Below, piece after piece: positions 59,052-64,000 of a DNA stretch of 64,000 bases (positions are counted from its first letter, which is position 1; every line of letters begins with the position of its first letter). The notes beneath the pieces were generated by a model. The model saw only the letters and a list, made by a program, of their open reading frames with translations, was not told the origin of the DNA and made no database searches. Origin of the DNA: Treponema sp. (GTDB taxonomy: Bacteria > Spirochaetota > Spirochaetia > Treponematales > Treponemataceae); contig JAILLQ010000038.1 of the NCBI GenBank assembly GCA_024693045.1, positions 86,978-150,977 of the forward strand. The letters run 5' to 3'. The position numbers and the translations under genes were made by a program.

Positions 59052-60146
59052 TTATTTGTTCAAATATTCAACAACAAGCTGACCCATTTTCTTTGTGCCA
59101 ACAAGTTTTCCTGCTTTCTTAACTTCTTCAAGGTGACTTCCAGCGATATCGCCAGTGCGGTAACCGTCATCAAGAACAGCGTTTACAGCATTTTCAATTG
59201 CTTTTGCTTCTGTTTCAAGCTTAAAGCTGTAGCGAAGAAGCATTGCAGCAGAAAGAATTGTAGCCAATGGGTTAGCCAAATCTTTTCCGGCAATATCAGG
59301 AGCAGACCCGTGAATTGGTTCGTAAAGTCCAGGACCAGTACCATCGCCCAAAGAAGCAGAAGCTAGCATACCGATTGAACCTGTAATCTGGCTTGCTTCA
59401 TCCGACATGATATCGCCAAACATATTTGAAGTAGCAATAACATCGAACTGTTTTGGATTACGAACAAGCTGCATAGATGCATTATCGATGTAAAGGTAAG
59501 AAAGAGTTACTTCTGGGTAGTCTTTCTTTACATCTTCTGCAACACGGCGCCAAAGCTGTGAAGAATTCAAAATGTTAGCCTTATCTACAACACAGAGTCT
59601 CTTCTGGCGGTTCATAGCGTATTCAAAGCCCATGCGTACAATTCTTTCGATTTCAGGGCGTGTGTATTTTTCTGTATCCCATGCAGTATTTCCATCTTCA
59701 GAAGTACCTCTTTCACCAAAATAGATACCACCAGTCAATTCACGAACGATAAGGATATCAAGACCATCGCCTACGATTTCATCCTTTAATGGACATGCAT
59801 CTTTGAGCTGTTTCCACATTACTGCTGGACGAAGATTAGCAAATACCTTCATACCACCGCGGAGACCAAGCAAAGCTTTTTCAGGGCGAAGTTCAGAAGG
59901 AAGGTTATCCCATTTTGGACCACCAACAGCACCAAGCAAAGCAGCGTCAGATTTTAGACAGATATCAAGCTGATCCTGAGGAAGTGGTTTTCCAAACTTA
60001 TCAATGGCACAACCACCAGCAAGTACATTAGTGTAATTCCACTTGTGACCGTATTTTTTTGCAACAGCGTCCAAAACATTAACAGCTTCTGCAACTACAT
60101 CAGGACCAATTCCGTCTCCAGGAATCAATGCAATAGTCTTTTCCAT
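59052..60146 (-). CDS. leuB: 3-isopropylmalate dehydrogenase
   Basis: PGDGIGP, GAVGGPKW, ANLRP, VRELTGGIYFG, NMFGDIMSDEAS and EPIHGSAPDIAG. Confidence 0.98.
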   Translation of the reverse strand: MEKTIALIPGDGIGPDVVAEAVNVLDAVAKKYGHKWNYTNVLAGGCAIDKFGKPLPQDQLDICLKSDAALLGAVGGPKWDNLPSELRPEKALLGLRGGMKVFANLRPAVMWKQLKDACPLKDEIVGDGLDILIVRELTGGIYFGERGTSEDGNTAWDTEKYTRPEIERIVRMGFEYAMNRQKRLCVVDKANILNSSQLWRRVAEDVKKDYPEVTLSYLYIDNASMQLVRNPKQFDVIATSNMFGDIMSDEASQITGSIGMLASASLGDGTGPGLYEPIHGSAPDIAGKDLANPLATILSAAMLLRYSFKLETEAKAIENAVNAVLDDGYRTGDIAGSHLEEVKKAGKLVGTKKMGQLVVEYLNK

Positions 60147-60219
60147 ATATTTCCTCTATAAATAATTTTATAATCTTCACTAATTTTAGCGAATTGCACT
60201 AGTCTGTACAATTATAAAG

Positions 60220-60290
60220 AAGGGGAAGTCTCCCCTTGCGACCGCACTTCGTTGCGTTCTATCCCCTCTGCGGGCACATCCCGCAACGCC
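60220..60290. repeat. GC-rich multi-hairpin intergenic element (REP/MITE-like or cis-regulatory RNA)
   Basis: AAGGGGA-agtc-TCCCCTT, CGCA-cttcgt-TGCG, TGCGGG-cacat-CCCGCA and CGTTGCG/CGCAACG. Single copy in this window. Confidence 0.6.
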
Positions 60291-60295
60291 CTGTT

Positions 60296-61144
60296 TCAAG
60301 CTTTCAAAAACTCCTTTACCTTAGCTAGAACTTCCTGTCCGGTCTTTCGCCCAATCTGATAAACTCTTTCAAGCTCATCAGGATTCTTTTCTGTGCGGCT
60401 TATCCCCAAAGGCTCTTCCGGACATATTACAAGGATTTCACCTGCGTCGGCTTTTTTAAAAACGTATTCAGTCTCTTCGTTGTACATGATATGGCGCTCT
60501 TGCATAGCTTTAAGCAACTTTGGATACTTTCTTAAAGCAATCTTCATTAAAGACATCATTTTGTTGGGCTTTTTTACAAAACCCCTTGGCTGAGTCAAAA
60601 TAACAATATTTTTGTCATAGCCCAGACTTTCAAAATACTTTATAGGAATAGAATCTGTCATTCCTCCATCCAGAAGTGTATAACCGTCAACTTTTACGGG
60701 AGTAGATACCAAAGGCATAGATGCAGAAGCCCTCATCCATGTAAGGTCTTTTTCATCACAAGTTTCAAGTTTTTTATAAACAGGAAGCCCAGTCTGAGCA
60801 TCACTTGCCACTACATAAAATTCCATCGGGTTTTTGCGATATGCATCAAGGTCATAAATATCCAGTTCATGAGGCAGTTTGTTATAACAGAAGTCAGCCC
60901 CGTAAAGGTCCCCGGTTTTAAAGAAAGACTTCATGGAACAATATCGCCAGTCGCCAGCAAAGCGTTTATTGTAACGGATTGCCCTTCCCGGCTGCCTGCT
61001 TTTTATGTTACAGCCAAAAGTAGCCCCTGCCGAAACGCCAATAGCTCCGTCAAATACAATACCCTTTTCCATAAAAACGTCTGTAACACCGCAGGTAAAC
61101 ATACCCCTCATTGCTCCGCCTTCTAAAACCAAGCCTGACTTCAT
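60296..61144 (-). CDS. Patatin-like phospholipase family
   Basis: LEGGAMRG, GVSAG and DGG. Confidence 0.9.
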   Translation of the reverse strand: MKSGLVLEGGAMRGMFTCGVTDVFMEKGIVFDGAIGVSAGATFGCNIKSRQPGRAIRYNKRFAGDWRYCSMKSFFKTGDLYGADFCYNKLPHELDIYDLDAYRKNPMEFYVVASDAQTGLPVYKKLETCDEKDLTWMRASASMPLVSTPVKVDGYTLLDGGMTDSIPIKYFESLGYDKNIVILTQPRGFVKKPNKMMSLMKIALRKYPKLLKAMQERHIMYNEETEYVFKKADAGEILVICPEEPLGISRTEKNPDELERVYQIGRKTGQEVLAKVKEFLKA

Positions 61145-61164
61145 TGCTGAACCTCTCTTTCTTT

Positions 61165-62760
61165 TTATTTACCTAAATGTTTTTCTATATCGTTAATCAA
61201 CTTGAATTCGAATGAATCACAAAGCGCAAGCCAGCTTGCTTCCATTACGTCGCAGCTTACACCTACTGTTGTCCATGTATCTTTTCCATCACTAGATTCA
61301 ATTAAAACACGAACCTTACTTGCTGTTGCACTTTTGCCGTCCAGAACGCGAACCTTGTAATCTGTAAGGCGGATATTATTCACAGCAGGATAGAAACGGC
61401 TCAAAGCCTTTCTAAGAGCGATATCAAGGGCATTTACAGGTCCATCCCCTTCTCCTGCTGTTACTTCAATCTGTCCGTCAACTTCTACTTTAAGCTGGGC
61501 ACAAGCACAAACACCTTCTTCCGGTCTAGGATTTACACCATTTGTCTGATAATAGTGAAGTTTAAAGAAAGGCTTATATCGCCCAATTACTTTTCGGGCA
61601 AGAAGTTCAAAAGAACCATCCGCACCTTCAAACTGATAGCCTTGAAATTCCAGTTCTTTCATTTTTGCAATCAATTCTGCAACACATGGGTTTGATTTTG
61701 AAATTGTCGGGTCTATTTTTTGTATTTTTTCCATAATTGTAGAGCGTCCTGCAACCTCACTCATAAGGAAAACCCTTTCATTTCCTACACTTTCTGGAGC
61801 AATATGTTCGTATGCCTCTGGATTTTTTAAAACAGCGTCTATATGCATACCAGCCTTATGACTAAAAGCTGCCCCACCAACAAAAGGAAGCTGTACATTT
61901 AAGGCAATATTTGTGATTTCTGCAACTCTCTTTGCAATAGAAGTGAGTTTGTGCATTTTTTCATCATCTATACATTTATACTGGAGCTTAAGCTGAAGAT
62001 CAGGAATTATACAGCTAAGATTTGCATTTCCCGTTCTTTCGCCAAAACCAAGAAAAGTTCCCTGTACATGACGGGCACCAGCTTCTACCGCAATCAAGGA
62101 ATTTGCAACAGCCAGACCACAGTCATTGTGGGTATGTATACCAATCACAGCTCTATTACCAATTCTTTCAACAGCAGCTTTTACAGCTTTTTCACAATCC
62201 TTTATCATGCAGCCACCCTTAGTTTCACAGAGTGCCAGGGTTTCTGCCCCACCTTCAACTGCAGCTTCCAGGGATTTAAGAGCATATTCAGAATCAGCAG
62301 AAAATCCTGTAAAAAAGTGTTCTGCGTCATATATTACATGCTTTCCATTTTTCTTTAAGAATTCGCAGGTATCCCGAATCATAGCAAGATTTTCTTCAAG
62401 GCTCGTCTTAATAATATCAGTTACCTGGAAAGTCCAGCTTTTTCCAAAAATTACAACATAGTCAGTTCCAGCGGCCAGCAAAGACTGAAGATTAACATCT
62501 TCTGCACATTTAATATCTTTTCTACGGGTTGAACCAAAAGCTGCTAACTTAGAGTGTTCCAATTTTATCTTTTTCATCTCCTGGAAGAATTCCATATCCT
62601 TTGGATTTGATCCTGGATTACCAGCTTCGATTAATCCAATTCCAAGTTCATCAAGAGCCTGACAAATATGAATTTTATCCTGAACTGAAAAGCTAATACC
62701 TTCTCCCTGAGCTCCATCTCTCAAAGTACTGTCCAAGATTTCAACATTCTTATCTGCCAT
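61165..62760 (-). CDS. cimA: Citramalate synthase
   Basis: Start after SD AGGAG; DSTLRDGAQGEG, GIGLIEAGNPGSNPKD, YDAEHFF, HTHND, GERTGNA and HKAGMH, typical of the CimA clade. Confidence 0.88.
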   Translation of the reverse strand: MADKNVEILDSTLRDGAQGEGISFSVQDKIHICQALDELGIGLIEAGNPGSNPKDMEFFQEMKKIKLEHSKLAAFGSTRRKDIKCAEDVNLQSLLAAGTDYVVIFGKSWTFQVTDIIKTSLEENLAMIRDTCEFLKKNGKHVIYDAEHFFTGFSADSEYALKSLEAAVEGGAETLALCETKGGCMIKDCEKAVKAAVERIGNRAVIGIHTHNDCGLAVANSLIAVEAGARHVQGTFLGFGERTGNANLSCIIPDLQLKLQYKCIDDEKMHKLTSIAKRVAEITNIALNVQLPFVGGAAFSHKAGMHIDAVLKNPEAYEHIAPESVGNERVFLMSEVAGRSTIMEKIQKIDPTISKSNPCVAELIAKMKELEFQGYQFEGADGSFELLARKVIGRYKPFFKLHYYQTNGVNPRPEEGVCACAQLKVEVDGQIEVTAGEGDGPVNALDIALRKALSRFYPAVNNIRLTDYKVRVLDGKSATASKVRVLIESSDGKDTWTTVGVSCDVMEASWLALCDSFEFKLINDIEKHLGK

Positions 62761-62807
62761 ATGATTTACACTCCTTGCCTCATGCCTTTGCTGAGACATT
62801 TTCTCAA

Positions 62808-62836
62808 ATTATATTGAAAAGAAAACTTCTACACAA
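62808..62836 (-). promoter_or_regulatory. sigma70 promoter of cimA and the patatin gene
   Basis: TTGTGT-17-TATAAT. Confidence 0.6.
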
Positions 62837-62875
62837 TCTTCAAGCTTTTCTATAAAAAGAAAAAGTAACCTTTAA

Positions 62876-62904
62876 TTGAAACTATGTTTTTTTTAATGTA
62901 ATTT
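62876..62904 (+). promoter_or_regulatory. sigma70 promoter of the beta-barrel gene
   Basis: TTGAAA-17-TAATTT. Confidence 0.5.
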
Positions 62905-62925
62905 ATAGAAGAAAAGGTCAAAATA

Positions 62926-63555
62926 ATGAAAAAATTTCTTGCATCCTTTATTTTTTTAATATTCTCAGGAGCATCCCTATTTGCCCTGAATCCAGAACTC
63001 AGTGCAGACATCAATTTTACAGTTCCAACAATCTTCGACTTAAACAGCGATGTTGAAGGAAGAACTTTTGATATGAAAACAGGTTTCGGTGCAGCAGCTG
63101 ATTTCCAGATTTTTTTTAATCCGATAATAGGTGCGTTTATAGAAACTGAGTTTTATTTTCCATCATACAGACTTATGATTACAGACGACGAAAGATCTTC
63201 GCAAAATTCAGCCGACTTTGATTCCTGGTGGGGATTCAGCACATTAATCGGGCCATCTTTCCGCCTTATGAACAACAGAATAATTTCTATGGAACTTTCA
63301 CCAGGATTTGCCCTAAGAACCCAGGAACAAGCTCATTCTGATTATGCCTCCGCAGCAGTTTTTATGGGTACTGGCTTAAATTACGGCCTTAGATTCAAAA
63401 TCGGAAAATCCATGTACATAAGACTTGGGCAGGAATTGGATTTATATTTTCACCGCTGGCTGACAGAAGAATACGAAAGCGAAACTTATGAAAGTGAAGA
63501 CAAGGCATTTTTACTTAATGCGACAGAATCAATAGGAATTGGATTTAAATTTTAA
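62926..63555 (+). CDS. Predicted small outer-membrane beta-barrel protein
   Basis: Signal peptide (SLFA), about 8 amphipathic strands and C-terminal ...IGIGFKF. Confidence 0.7.
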   Translation: MKKFLASFIFLIFSGASLFALNPELSADINFTVPTIFDLNSDVEGRTFDMKTGFGAAADFQIFFNPIIGAFIETEFYFPSYRLMITDDERSSQNSADFDSWWGFSTLIGPSFRLMNNRIISMELSPGFALRTQEQAHSDYASAAVFMGTGLNYGLRFKIGKSMYIRLGQELDLYFHRWLTEEYESETYESEDKAFLLNATESIGIGFKF

Positions 63556-63609
63556 AAAAATATTTTCATACTGGAAAATCGTGTTAAAATTATATCAGAG
63601 GTAATCATC

Positions 63610-64000
63610 ATGATAATAGATACACACGTTCACTTCGGTTCCATGATGAACTTTTCCATGAAGAAAAAAACAGTTCTCATGGCAATGGAAAAATACAAGA
63701 TTTCAAAGGCCATTGTTTCTAACTGCCAGTCAGTAGAATGCGATTTTAATCAGAATCTACTTCCTGAAGAAGTTCAAGTTCCAATGCTATCTTCCGCAAA
63801 AGCTGCAATTGATTTTGCAAAAGACAACCCTGGGAAAATATATGCTGCTATCTGGATAAAACCGCATCTGGAAATTCCTGGTGCAAAACTGGAATATTAT
63901 CTCAAAGTTAATCTTGAATACATAAAAGCTATAAAAGTTCACCCTTTTCATTCTGCTGTATCTATGGATGACGCTAGAATGGAGCCTTATCTGCAGTTAG
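63610..64000 (+). CDS. Amidohydrolase family metal-dependent hydrolase (partial, runs off the window)
   Basis: Not in the ORF track. MIIDTHVHFG (DxHxH) after SD GAGGT; open to the window end; KAIKVHP. Confidence 0.85.
   Translation, partial: MIIDTHVHFGSMMNFSMKKKTVLMAMEKYKISKAIVSNCQSVECDFNQNLLPEEVQVPMLSSAKAAIDFAKDNPGKIYAAIWIKPHLEIPGAKLEYYLKVNLEYIKAIKVHPFHSAVSMDDARMEPYLQL

Noticed and set aside
1-64000. tRNA, rRNA, prophage, transposase and defence systems
   Set aside because: I recognised no cloverleaf, rRNA-like sequence or integrase, transposase, RM or Cas motif; a tRNAscan or Infernal run would be definitive.

Overview
AT-rich chromosomal window, very probably from a free-living or gut Treponema (spirochete-type lipoboxes, short ParC, FlcA-like collar protein, rplM-rpsI-recX order). 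It is densely coding and mostly housekeeping: ffh, gpsA, ndk, ispH, yajC-secD-secF, rplM-rpsI-recX, potABCD, recQ, hisH-hisF, ilvD, mutS2, rsgA, rnhA, parC, leuB and cimA, plus several envelope proteins of unknown function. I found no tRNA, rRNA, CRISPR array, transposase or prophage. The least explained features are these: (1) a GC-rich, self-complementary 218-bp tandem array (44453-44953) between the divergent rsgA and ornithine decarboxylase promoters; (2) a ~70-bp GC-rich multi-hairpin element upstream of leuB; (3) a membrane GGDEF / degenerate HD-GYP (HD to FD) / orphan sugar-binding lipoprotein operon; (4) sigma28-like promoters in front of non-canonical genes; (5) many apparently leaderless genes; (6) a recurring AAAATGCATTTT palindrome in promoter regions. 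All family calls come from motif recognition by eye, with no database searches.
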